NCBI GenBank assembly: GCA_951406725.2
Contig: OX597827.1
Coordinates: 55,304,001 to 55,368,000, forward strand
Length of the DNA: 64,000 nucleotides
Direction: 5' to 3'
Source: Octopus vulgaris
Lineage: Eukaryota
Translations under genes and position numbers: made by a program
Notes under the pieces: model-generated
The model's database searches: none
What the model saw: only the letters and a program-made list of their open reading frames with translations
Told to the model about the DNA's origin: nothing
In this document: one piece after another, positions 22,893 to 35,100 of the stretch
Layout of the letters: every line of letters starts with the position of its first letter
Numbering within the stretch: the first letter of the stretch is position 1

Positions 22893-25764
22893 TATTATTA
22901 TTATTAAGGCAGCAAGCTGGCAGAAATGTTACCATGCCAGGCAAAATATTGGGTAGCATTTCTTCTGACTCTACATTTTGAGTTCAAATTTCACCAAGGT
23001 CAGCTCTGCCTTTCATCCCTTTGGGGTTGGTAAAATAAGCAGCAGTCAAGTACTAGGGTTGATGTAATTAACTTACCACCCCATCCTCTAAAACTGCAGG
23101 CCATTATTGTTAAGGCAGTGGGCTGGAGAATTGTTAGCATGCAAGACGAAAAGCTTTGCAGCACTTCTTCTGGCTTTTTGAATTAGGAGTTCAGATTCCG
23201 TCAAAGTTAACTTTGCCTAACATCCTTTCAGGTTGATAAAATAAGTACCAGTTGAAAACTAGGGTCAATGTAATTGATTTACACTTCCCCTAAAATTGCA
23301 GGCCTTGTGCCAAAATTTGAAAATGTTGTTGTTGTTATCATTATTGTTGCTGTTGGTATTGCGTTGGCAGAATCGTCAGCACACCAGACAAAACACTGCT
23401 AAGCATTTTGTATGTCTTTACATTCTAAGTTCATATTCTACCAGACTGGCCCCCATGCCGGTGGCACGTAAAAGCACCCACTACACTCTCAGAGTGGTTG
23501 GTGTTAGGAAGGGCATCCAGCTGTAGAAACTCTGCCAAATCAAGATTGGAGCCTGGTGCAGCCATCTGGTTTGCCAGCCCTCAGTCAAATCATCCAACCC
23601 ATGCTAGAATGGAAAGCGGACGTTAAACGATGATGATGATGATGATGTTGACTTTGCCTTTCATCCTTTCAGGTCTAATGAAATAAGTACCAGTTAAGCA
23701 CTGGGGTCGATATAATCAACTAGTCTTCTTACCCTCCCAGATTTCAGGCCTTGTGCCTATAACAGAAAGTTGTTTATGTTGTTGACAAAAGAGTTGTTTA
23801 AAGCATAAGTTAGCACAGTGGTAGGAAAACACTACTTGTGATATTTGAGTTATGTCCCTTTTACATTCAGAGTTCAATGTACTTCAGATTACTTTTTGCG
23901 ATTTTATTTCTAGGGTTTCACTCCAGTACACATAGCAGCTTTTAATGGACAGCTTAAATGTTTAAAATACCTAATTGAGGAATATGGTTGCAATGTTGAT
24001 GTTCTATCAATTTCTGACTGGACACCTCTTCTTGCTGCAGTCAACGATTCAAATACACAGAAGTCTTTGGACTGTCTCAAATACTTACTGGAAAGAGGAG
24101 CAGACATTTCAGTGTTAGTTTCCACTTTATTTATTTATTTAGATGTTTATTCTTTGAGAACGGAGCATGAAGTGTCATGATGGGAACTCTAATACATTTC
24201 CTTTTTTGCAACTAATTTTTATTTTTTTTATTTCAGTAAAGAAATTGCTAAAACTTTCATAAATGAATTTTAAAAAATAATAAAATACAAACTTGATTTT
24301 AAAAATCTATTTAAATATTTAAATATTCAAGATTAATCGTCTTTGATTAATTATATTTGAAACATGCATCTCATGGAATATAAATTTAAATTGTTCAAAA
24401 ATTATTCTTAATGATATGGATTTTAAATGACGGTATAAATTTAAAAAGTAAGCATTGTTTTGAATTAGAGAAAACAGAATTAAAAAAAGATATAAATTCA
24501 TAAGTATCTAACTAATGAAAAAGAAATTTTAATCTAAAATATATATCTTTTTATGTCATACTTTCATTAATCTAGACATTGCGCTTATTTTATGTTTTGT
24601 TATAAAACAATTTATTCTGATAAAACATTTGTGTTAAAAATGAAATTATAGAAACCCCAGTCAACAAAATAGATAATGAAATCCATTTTCAAAAATAACC
24701 CTGTCTTTTTTATGAAATCTAGATCTAAGAAAAAGCTGTGAGTTCCTGAAAGCCTTTCTGGTTGGTATCAGTCTTCAATTAGTGTCTCAGTAAAACCAAT
24801 TCTAGCACTTCTCCTGCACAGTACACCATAGATTACTTAGTTTGGCATGCTTTTCATATGACATTACATGAAAGTTTATGCTCTCACTCACCATTACAAT
24901 TTGGTTCAGTAGAGTTGAAATTTTGTGGGAATCTAACTTAGACACGTATTTATTACACACTTAATGAAATTAATATTGTGTGTGTGTGTGTGTAATTTAA
25001 AATAAATTGCATGACAAAAAACACTGTGTAACACGAATTTTGTCCTTGGGTAGCAACTGTTATTTCCTATATGCTTACCCCTAGAAAGAATGAAAAATGG
25101 CTAATATTTCCTTCAAACTTTGCTTTTCTTATATTTATTCATACCCCCAAAGAATCCCTCTTAGTACATGGCTATAATGCTCCCCCGCTACTTCTGCTCG
25201 TGATCAGAGATGCACATATTGTCAGCCACTAAGGGAAATGCTCAAGTGGTTAAGGTCAAGCAACTGACAAGCAAATCTGTGGTTGAGCAGAATGTTTGCT
25301 ATAACAATATTTCTGCTTCAGCAACTCAGTGCTGAATCTGTCTGAAATGTAATGGAAAATTGGCCAGTTTCAAAACATTGATGTCCAGGTGGCAAAAGCA
25401 AAGTTTGAAGGGAATAGTAGTCCTTTCCTTTGATTTCTGAATAGAAGCAAATAACACTGAATAGAAGGAAATAACACTTGCTGACCAAAGACAAAAAAAA
25501 ATAATAATAATTTTGTTACACAGTGTAATCATTATTTAGAAGTCCATGTGTATTTCCATATGACTGAACAACTGTGGCGGACCTATAGGGGACGATGCTA
25601 CTATTGTTTATAGCCCCAGGAAGACATCTCCTCCAGCTGGCTAACAACACACTAACCAGTGTGTCATTAGCCAGATGAAGGAGACATCTTCCTGGGGCTA
25701 TAAACAATAGTAGCGTCGTCCCCTATAGGTCCGTCACATTTAGATGGCAAATATACTATATATT

Positions 25765-25800
<36 letters not shown>

Positions 25801-25813
25801 TATCTCTATATAT

Positions 25814-25886
<73 letters not shown>

Positions 25887-25990
25887 CCAGATCTGACTGG
25901 CCTGGTGCAGCCTTCGGGCTCCCCAGACCCCAGTTGAACCATCCAACCTATGCTAGCATGGAGAGTGGACGTTAAATGATGATGATGATG

Positions 25991-26041
<51 letters not shown>

Positions 26042-29000
26042 TATAGGGATAAATTATTCAGGCAGGTACCATAAAAGCTCTCAGCTTTAGTCCAGGTCCC
26101 AGCTAACAACATCTAGTTGGAAGAGACATCAAAGATTGCATAGGGTGAGGAATCACACTGTAATTCTACTGATGGGTAAGTCCAGGTTCACTTCACTGGA
26201 TTATGAATATTTTGGGGAGAGCAAATCCAAAACAATTACAAAGAATATGGAAACTGGTACATATTCAAATTTTTCTTTTAATTTAACAGTTAAATATTTC
26301 AGCATAATTAGTTAGTCAAAATGACCAACATGTTTTTCTGCTGCATAGAGTATGTGCAGTTAAGTATGCAACCCACAATATTCTTCTGTGCACCTTCATT
26401 CAGTTTCTTTCCACAAGCGTGATTCAAAGCAAACTGACTATATTCATGCATGGCTATTTGTGTGTGTGTGTGTGTGTGTGTGTTTGTAAGTGCATGTGAA
26501 ACTTTAATTTTTTATGTGTGCATGTGTGTATCAAATAAGAACAAAAGAAATATAAAATTACTGAGTCAGTTTTATTTTTCATTAATGGCATGATAAACTT
26601 GATTATGTGAAGCTTGATAGAGGTCAAATTTATTGACTTATTCACTGCTCACCAACATTTGCACTTTTCATCATTAAGTTTTTGTTCACCTCATCTTTGC
26701 ATGTATGTAGTAGTTGTTTCTTATCATAATGTCAGCCATTTTTCTCACAGAAAAGATTTATCATACAGGTTTAACCAAGTAGTTGCTAGCTTGTGTGACC
26801 CAAACAAAATCAGAAAAGTCTATCTGAAATTCTACTTACAGACATTCACTGCAGTGCAAAATGTGCATCTAAAAACCTTGACCCACAGTTTCAAAACAAT
26901 AAGTGTTGTCCCTTTCATTATACTGCTATTGCTTGTTTCATTGACTTCTATGGAGTCAGTGTCAACTTGATGTGTTCAACTACTAGCCCAGGCTCTGCTG
27001 TTCATCAGGTTGAGAAGAGCAAACTGTCAAGGTAGTGGTCACTCTCTGACAGGTTAAGCATTGAGCCTGTGGCAGTGGAGATCTCCAGTATTCCTGGCCC
27101 AGAGGCAATATATATCCCTGCATGCCGCTATCAAAGCAGAGGTGACTATCTACAAGTATTAACCTCCATGAGTCAGAGTAGCAGTTCCAGTGCATCTCCC
27201 TTGCCCTCCGCCAGGTCAACACCTTTTCCATTTTGTCTACTGGAGCCATGAAGTGGTCTGAATTATAGGAAATTGTACATTCCACTCCTTAATGTAAAAT
27301 TACCCCATATAAATTGCTCTCACTAGAAATAATCTATATATATAAAGCTGAAGTTGTCTGTGTGTGGCAGGTTTGGTAGCATTCAATTAACACTATCTCC
27401 TCTGAGACCCTGCAGCGCAAGTTGACCAAAATTGAGAGTATGATAGAAGAAGGCTTGCTCTTCCTTCTCTAGAAGATAAAATTCAAAACGGACCATGTTA
27501 AGACCAAAAATTATTTACATCAAAAAGGTGCTTTTTTCTATGAAAATCCCTATTTTTTACGATTTTTTTTACTGCTGTGTTGCCATTTTTCGGTGTATTT
27601 CAACCAGAAAAACGTTTACTTAAAGAGAATAACAAGCTACATAATGCAAAATTTTTACTTTTCAAAAATTCCAATTCTAAAGGGTTGAAACAAACCTGAG
27701 CAACGCCGGGCGATACTATAAGATAAATAGCAAATGAATTATGGCAAGATTTGAACACCTAGCCAATGAATTATACAGTTTACTTTAACACAAGCCATTC
27801 TCATATCCTTAAATCCTGCATGTTTATTGAGCTGGATTATATTTATCATTTGACATTAACTGCTTCTTGTGTGTAGGACATATTGTCTGAAATGCAAACA
27901 ATTTAGAAGAATGTGTAGTACTGGCACCTAAGAGAACAGGATTTCAATTGAAATAGGATTCAGTTTCTATATTAATAGATAAGCAATTTACATAAAGATG
28001 CCTTGAAAACGTATCTGTTTCAAGTAGTATGACATGTAGTTTCACTTCAACCTCTGTTACAGTAATTTCTTTTATAATTAAGCTTTATATATTGCTTTAT
28101 TTATTCTATACCCATTCTATTTCATTCTACAAATGTTTGCCTGTCACACACATAAACTTGATACAATTTTGTCATCTTTATATTCTGTTAAATTGTATTG
28201 CTTCTTATAAAAGATGATTGCTTAACACCTGACTTAGTGAAAACCAACAGATACGTTGTGGTCCTTTATCATGTAGAATGTTTGGGTGGTCAGTGTTGGA
28301 ATGCTTTGCTTTGTTTTATCACAGACCTTTTCTTTTCAGTTTGATCTGGGTTTGAACAACAACAAAAAAAAATGATAAATAAATAAAACACAGCCTTGTC
28401 TACCATTGCTACAGTTTCTATCAGATTCTTCAGTCATAGGAAATGCATAATAAGAAGAATAAACACAACCCACCCTTGCCTTCACTCTGTACATACTCAT
28501 TCTCATGTTCTCAGAAGAGTGACATTAGACATTTTTGTTCTAATAATAACTATATTGCACCATGTTGGTTAGTTGTAGGCATGAGTGAGCATATGTTTGG
28601 TTCATTTTGGAATTTGTTACAAGTTGACTAAGGAAGAATTTGGAAATAAAGTGTGTGAAATTCTGTTTTAAATTAAGGGGAAAAAAATTTTAAAGAGACG
28701 TTTGTAACGTTGCAGTAGGCCTATGGGGAGGATTTTTGTGTCATACACAATATCATGAGTAGTACTAACATTTCAAGTTTTGAAGAACATCTCCTGAAGA
28801 CATTCATAAATTTAGACTACCTTCCACAACAATAGGCAGTGATCTCATTGCATAAGTGCATGTTATGATCTGTGAAAGCCCTCACCTGATTATCTGTGCA
28901 GGTTCCAAAGAATTAGACATCTTTAAATGTTGATGTCACATGTATGGCAGCAAGCTCACAGAATCGTTAGTACATTGGGCAAAATGCTTAGCAGCATTTG

Positions 29001-29407
29001 GTCTTCTTTATAATCAGAATTCAAATTCTTCCAGTGTTGACTTTGCCTTTCATCCTTTTGGGATTGATAAAATAAGGAGGACTGGGAGCTGAATGTTATT
29101 GACTTATCCGTCTCCTAAAATTGCTGACCTTGTGCCAAAATTTGAAACCAGTATTCCTGAAGAGTCAAATCTAATACTTGTTTGTTAGAAGGTTTTCTTA
29201 TACATATAGCTTCTAACTGTTCCTACCCCTTTTGTATATTGGTAGATTCTGTTACCACAGTACACCAAAGACCTGAAGAATGCATTTATTGCTTTCAAAA
29301 CATATATCCAATCCTTTTCTTTTAATTCACTTTTATTTTTTAATTTGGCATCCATGCATACTGAAATATATATATTTATATTTTTAAGTGCAAACTCACA
29401 CAAACAT

Positions 29408-29442
<35 letters not shown>

Positions 29443-29443
29443 G

Positions 29444-29492
<49 letters not shown>

Positions 29493-29498
29493 TACACA

Positions 29499-29549
<51 letters not shown>

Positions 29550-31843
29550 CCATATACATCAAATACATAATGTATTTGCACTTCAAGATAATTTCTTCTT
29601 TCCCCCCTAACTATAAATATTTTCCTTTATGGAAAGAAGAAAATTCACCTAATATAATAACCCTGTTTAGCAATAACAGGAATGACATTTACCAAAGGCA
29701 AGCAGGCAGCAAAAGAAAAAAAAGAAAAGAGAAAAGAATGCTTACTACTGTAATATAATCAAGAATTTTATTTTATTTTTGTTTCGGTATGTTTTTTTCC
29801 CCATGTTTTTAGTGATGGGACACTTGTGATTTATAGCTTGTTGCATTCTTGATTAGTTTCACTATCAGCACTAACACTTGTGGGCAGGTATGTCTCAGTT
29901 GCCCAAAAAGATACTTCGTAACTTATGTTTAGTTTGCTTGCTTTCAGGTAAAAAGAAACAGCAGTTTAATGTTTGTCTACTCACTAAGTGCATTAACCTA
30001 AAGAACTGTAAAGCAATCTCTTGTGAGACATTACCACATAGCTCTCACTTCAATATATCCATAAAATATTATTCAGAGATTATCTAAAAAGTATTCCTTT
30101 TCCAAGCATCCTGGCTCATAAAAAAATAAAGTAAAATAAAACAGGAAAAAAAACCTGCTTTTTAATCTAGAAAAATATTATTTTGGGATGGTCATATTCT
30201 TGCCAAAGACGCACACCATATACTTGGTTTTCACTTCAGCTTTATTATTATAACTATTTTAGTGTTCTTTGTCTAAGCTCTTTCATCACACATCATCCTG
30301 TGACTTCTTCAATGACTTTTTATCCCATGCGTCTCCTCTTGTTCTGTTTAGTCCATTATTTCAATTCATCTGTTTATAAGTTGTGTAATAACTTATAGTC
30401 CTTTGGTTTGTGGAAGCACCAGTGAAGACTTCTTTTGGTGTGCAAAATATCTAGTAGTATGTCTAGAGCAAGTCAGCTTGATGGAGCCCGTCTTTAGTGA
30501 AACTGCTCACAGAGTTAAACTCATAATTAAAAACTAAGGAAACTCTTGTCAAATTAGCTTTGCTTCCACTGAGGTTTCAAACAGAATGCTTTCTATCTAG
30601 TGGCACCTGTTTGCATCTCAGTGAACTGGACCATTTGTGGATTAGATATCTTGACTAGTGGCTGGGTACCAGCTACTGACCCTTCAGTTGGTGGTTAAGT
30701 AATCACATAAAGGATCCCTCTTTTGATTCTCATTCATAAATTAAGAAGACTGTTTGCTGAATCACAATAAACTTTTAGGCCAGTGGCCCGTTTTTAAGCT
30801 TCCAAAGCATCAATTGCTATGCAAATATTTCCCCTGTTGGAGAAAATTACAAATACTCCAGTCTTGAAACAGTACAAAAAAGCAAACAGAAAGAAAAAAA
30901 TGTTAACAGAATAAAAAATATAAATAAGCAAAAACAAATAAACTAATATCAAATTGAACTAATGAGGGAATCCCTACATGATTGATTGCTCTGCAAGACA
31001 TAGAGGCCAAGTAATTCCCTTCAAAACACAACTTACTATCTAAAATGAAGAAGAATACATTGGAAAATTAAGTTCTTGATATACAAAATAATGGATTAAT
31101 GAAGGCAAAAACAATTTTTATAATTCTGTTGGGTCAGGGCTAACCTGAAATTATGCAACAACTAAAATGTAATCATCAACATCACCAATCATTTAACATT
31201 CCATTTTTCCATGCTAGCATGGATCGGATGGAGTTTATTTGAGGGAGATTTTATATGGCTCGATGCCCTTCCATTTTCCAACTCTGACCAGATTACAAGG
31301 AAGGTAATATTTCCCCATGGCCAGACATGATCTTGCAAAGAATTTGAAATGAATGACACAATTTGTATGACAGTAACAATCATTTTACAACTATCACATC
31401 ATGTGTAGACAAGGAAACACAGAGACACGTATATACATATAGATTTATATATACATTTATAGACACAGGCATGGCTGTGTGTTGAGAAACTTGCTTCCCA
31501 ATCACATGATTCCAAGTTCAGTCCCACTATGTGACACCTTGGGCAAGAGTCTTCTAAATATTGCCTCAGGTCACCCAAAGCCTGGTTGAGGGAAACTGAA
31601 AGAAGCCCATTGTATATAGTTATATGTGTGTGTGTGGGGGGGTATTTGTCCTCCTCTACATCTTGACAAATGGTGTTGGTGTGTTTATGTCTCTGTAACT
31701 CAGTTGTTTGACAAAAGAGACTGATAGAATAAGTACCATTTAAAAAAAATGAAGTATTAATGTTGATCCATTCAACTAAAAGTTCTTTAAGGCAGTGCCC
31801 CAACATGGCCACAGTCTAATGATTTAAACAAGGAAAAAATAAA

Positions 31844-31884
<41 letters not shown>

Positions 31885-32067
31885 CATATACAAGAGAAAA
31901 GAGGAATTTCGATTATCCCCACGTGGTGAGTTGTAATGTATATAAGAAATTAAAAAGGGAAAATACGCACACTCACATAATTTTAATATAATTTTAAAAA
32001 ATTATATTAAAACTATGTAAGTGTGCATATTTTCTTTTTTTAATTTCTTATATACATATATATATAT

Positions 32068-32123
<56 letters not shown>

Positions 32124-35100
32124 GCTCACACACACACACATACACAAACACACACACACACAATGGGCTTCTTTCAGTTTTTGTCTACCAAATCCACTCA
32201 CAAGGCTTTGATCAGCCCAGGGCAATAGTAGAAGACACTTACCCAAGGTGTCACAGAGTGGGACTGAACTAAAAACCATACAGTTGGGAAGCAAACTTCT
32301 TGCCAGACAGTCACACCTGCTCCTAATGAAAAAGAAAATAAACAAAGAAAGTGTTTCCCTGTCTCTCCTGGTATAAAAAAATTACCAGCTCCTTGCATTT
32401 TTTTTTCAGGGTTCAAACAGCGAGACTAACTTTTTAACTTTATCAACAACACCAAGAAAAATATTACTCATTTTAGGCAGAGGATAAAAATATGTTAACA
32501 TAGGATGTTGGGACAGATAAAAATTAATGATGCATGTGGAGATTTATTGATAGATCATGCTCCAGGTGGATGCTATCTGGAAATAAGAAACTTGAAACTC
32601 CTGCAAAAACTGGTTATCATTTTTTAAAATACTTTTGTAAAGCACTTGTAGGCTTATATATATGTATGTGTGTGTGTGTGTGTGTGTGTAGATATGTATT
32701 GCAGTATAAATATATGCATACATACTAACTCATATGTGCTTATGACTGAGCTTATGACTAAATGTACACACACATTCATATGTGTGTGCATATATATATA
32801 TATATATAATGTTGTAAGTATTACAACAGTTTTAAAATGCTGATCACTCATCAGCCATTAATAGAGGTTTTCCATTAATACATAATTTTCATATCAAGTG
32901 GTAACATTATAGAGAAGGTAGATATATAGACAATATATATCTACCTTCTCTATAATGTTACCACTTGATATGAAAATTATGTAGCAATGGAAAACCTCTA
33001 TTAATGGCTGATGAGTGATCAGCATTTTAAAACTGTTGTAATACTTACAACATTTAATAAAATGGTGTAGTGTGAAACAATTGTACCAAATTACCGGAGT
33101 TATTCTTGTTCTTGTTTTTTATTATAATCACCCCATGGATTTATATGAATAACACCATACAGAATTCTGGTGCATCTAACTTAAGTACCATATTCATTTG
33201 AATCTAAAGTTTGCTGAATATATATATATATATGTGTGTGTGTGTGTATACACACACACACTTATATTTATCCATACATATCTATCTATATACAGATATA
33301 TACACACAGACATACATATATTATATTTATACTTATAGAACACATCTGAAGAATGTTATTTATACTTATATTTTCCTTGGATATTGGAACTGCAACTATA
33401 ACATCTTCATACATTTTTATTTTTATTTCTATATTCAATTTCCTATTTCCCTATGTACTTCTTATTTGTTTCCTTTTCCAAAATAACTCCTCATATTGAA
33501 CTCTAATATCTCCCTCTATTTAACCATCTCACATTGCCTCTGATAAAAGGGATGTCCCTAATATCACAGAAACAGCTGTAAGACTAACTTTCTCTTTATA
33601 AATATCTTGAAAATTCCACACAACCTTGGCTTTATTGTCTCATTTTATTTAACACACACACACACACACACATATATTAATGAGGAAGGCCAGTTTATGT
33701 GATTACTCTGGGTTTCCCATCCATAAAGGGTTTAGCTTTATGGTGTTTCATCAGACCCCAAAACCTGTTGGCCTATGCACTCAAATACACACACACACAG
33801 ATAATTACACACATATATGTTATATATATTGTTGATGTCATAAGAATTTATAAACTGTCAAGAGAACATGAAATAATTCTTTGGATCTCTATAAACAATA
33901 CCTTAAAAAATTTGGGGTTGAAAAACCCTTTAGATAGTAAAAATCAAATGCTTCCAATGGATTCAAACCCACATTTCCTGTAGACATGACATATTTAAAA
34001 AAGCTTTTAGAGAGATTTCCTGATACAGTTCCACTATTCATAAAAAGATTTTCTTAAATCAAAAGTTATTAGTTATATAAAACACAATCTTTGGGAAGGG
34101 AGTTTTTGTATTCTGTAAGCAGTTTTATTGTTTACAGTTTTTCAAATGTGCTATGGGTAATCTATATAGAGGAAATTGTTTTTAGTAGGAGTTTTGACTA
34201 TTTCTAGTTTAGTTTGGGATTTAGAATTCTTATAAAGCATTCTTTTGCCTTTCAGAGTTGGTAATTTTCTTTTATTTTGAATTTTCCATTTGTACAAATG
34301 TCTAAATGAAATATTTATAAGAGATAAATCTTAAATTTGTTGCTTATGTACCCTAACCCAATCTATTAATTTATATCTTGTTTGGCCAACGTAATTTTCA
34401 TCAAATTATGAGCATGTGCTGCAGCAAATGAGGTTTTTTTTATCTTGCAATTCATATTCTCTCTTTCTCTCTCTCTCTCTCACACACACACACAAACACG
34501 CATGCACACTCTCTCTGTCACACACATTTTTCACTGACCACTTCACAACCTCCCTACCAGGAATACTTTCCCTATATTCACACTCTGCTCTCCTCCACTA
34601 CCTCTCTTGTACCCTCCAGCCTGTCTTTTCTGCCCTGCTCTTGCTACACTCACAATTCCTCCACCCTCTGTGACCTCATATTTTCCTTCTGCTAATCGAA
34701 GACTTTCTCATCTCTTGAACTTTGGCCCTCCTCCTACAACTCTGCACTTCATTTTCTTCAAGTCTTGCCCATCCATCTTTCACCTCTCTCCTTCATATTT
34801 TCTTTCTTATATTTTCCTGTGTAATTTGGGATTGAACTCAGAACCAGTTCATTGCAAAGCAAACTTTTAAACCTCACTGCCATGCTAGCATCTTTATGTA
34901 AAGTAATTTCTTTTCTTTTCTTCCCTTGTTTCAGTTCAAATAAAGACGGCACTACAGTACTTCACAGAGCTGCGCAAAAAAATCATGTGGAAATTTTGAA
35001 ATATCTTTTAGGAAGAGGTGCAGAACTCAATTGCAAGGACAAAGATGGTTATACTCCTGGAGATCTGGCCAAAATATTAGCCAACAAGGAATGTTCAAGG

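Noticed and set aside
22637-22981. Poly-His, poly-Asp and poly-Ser ORFs
   Set aside because: They are translations of a trinucleotide microsatellite between SINE copies in an intron.
29185-29758. HT- and CV-repeat ORFs
   Set aside because: (CA)n microsatellite artefacts.
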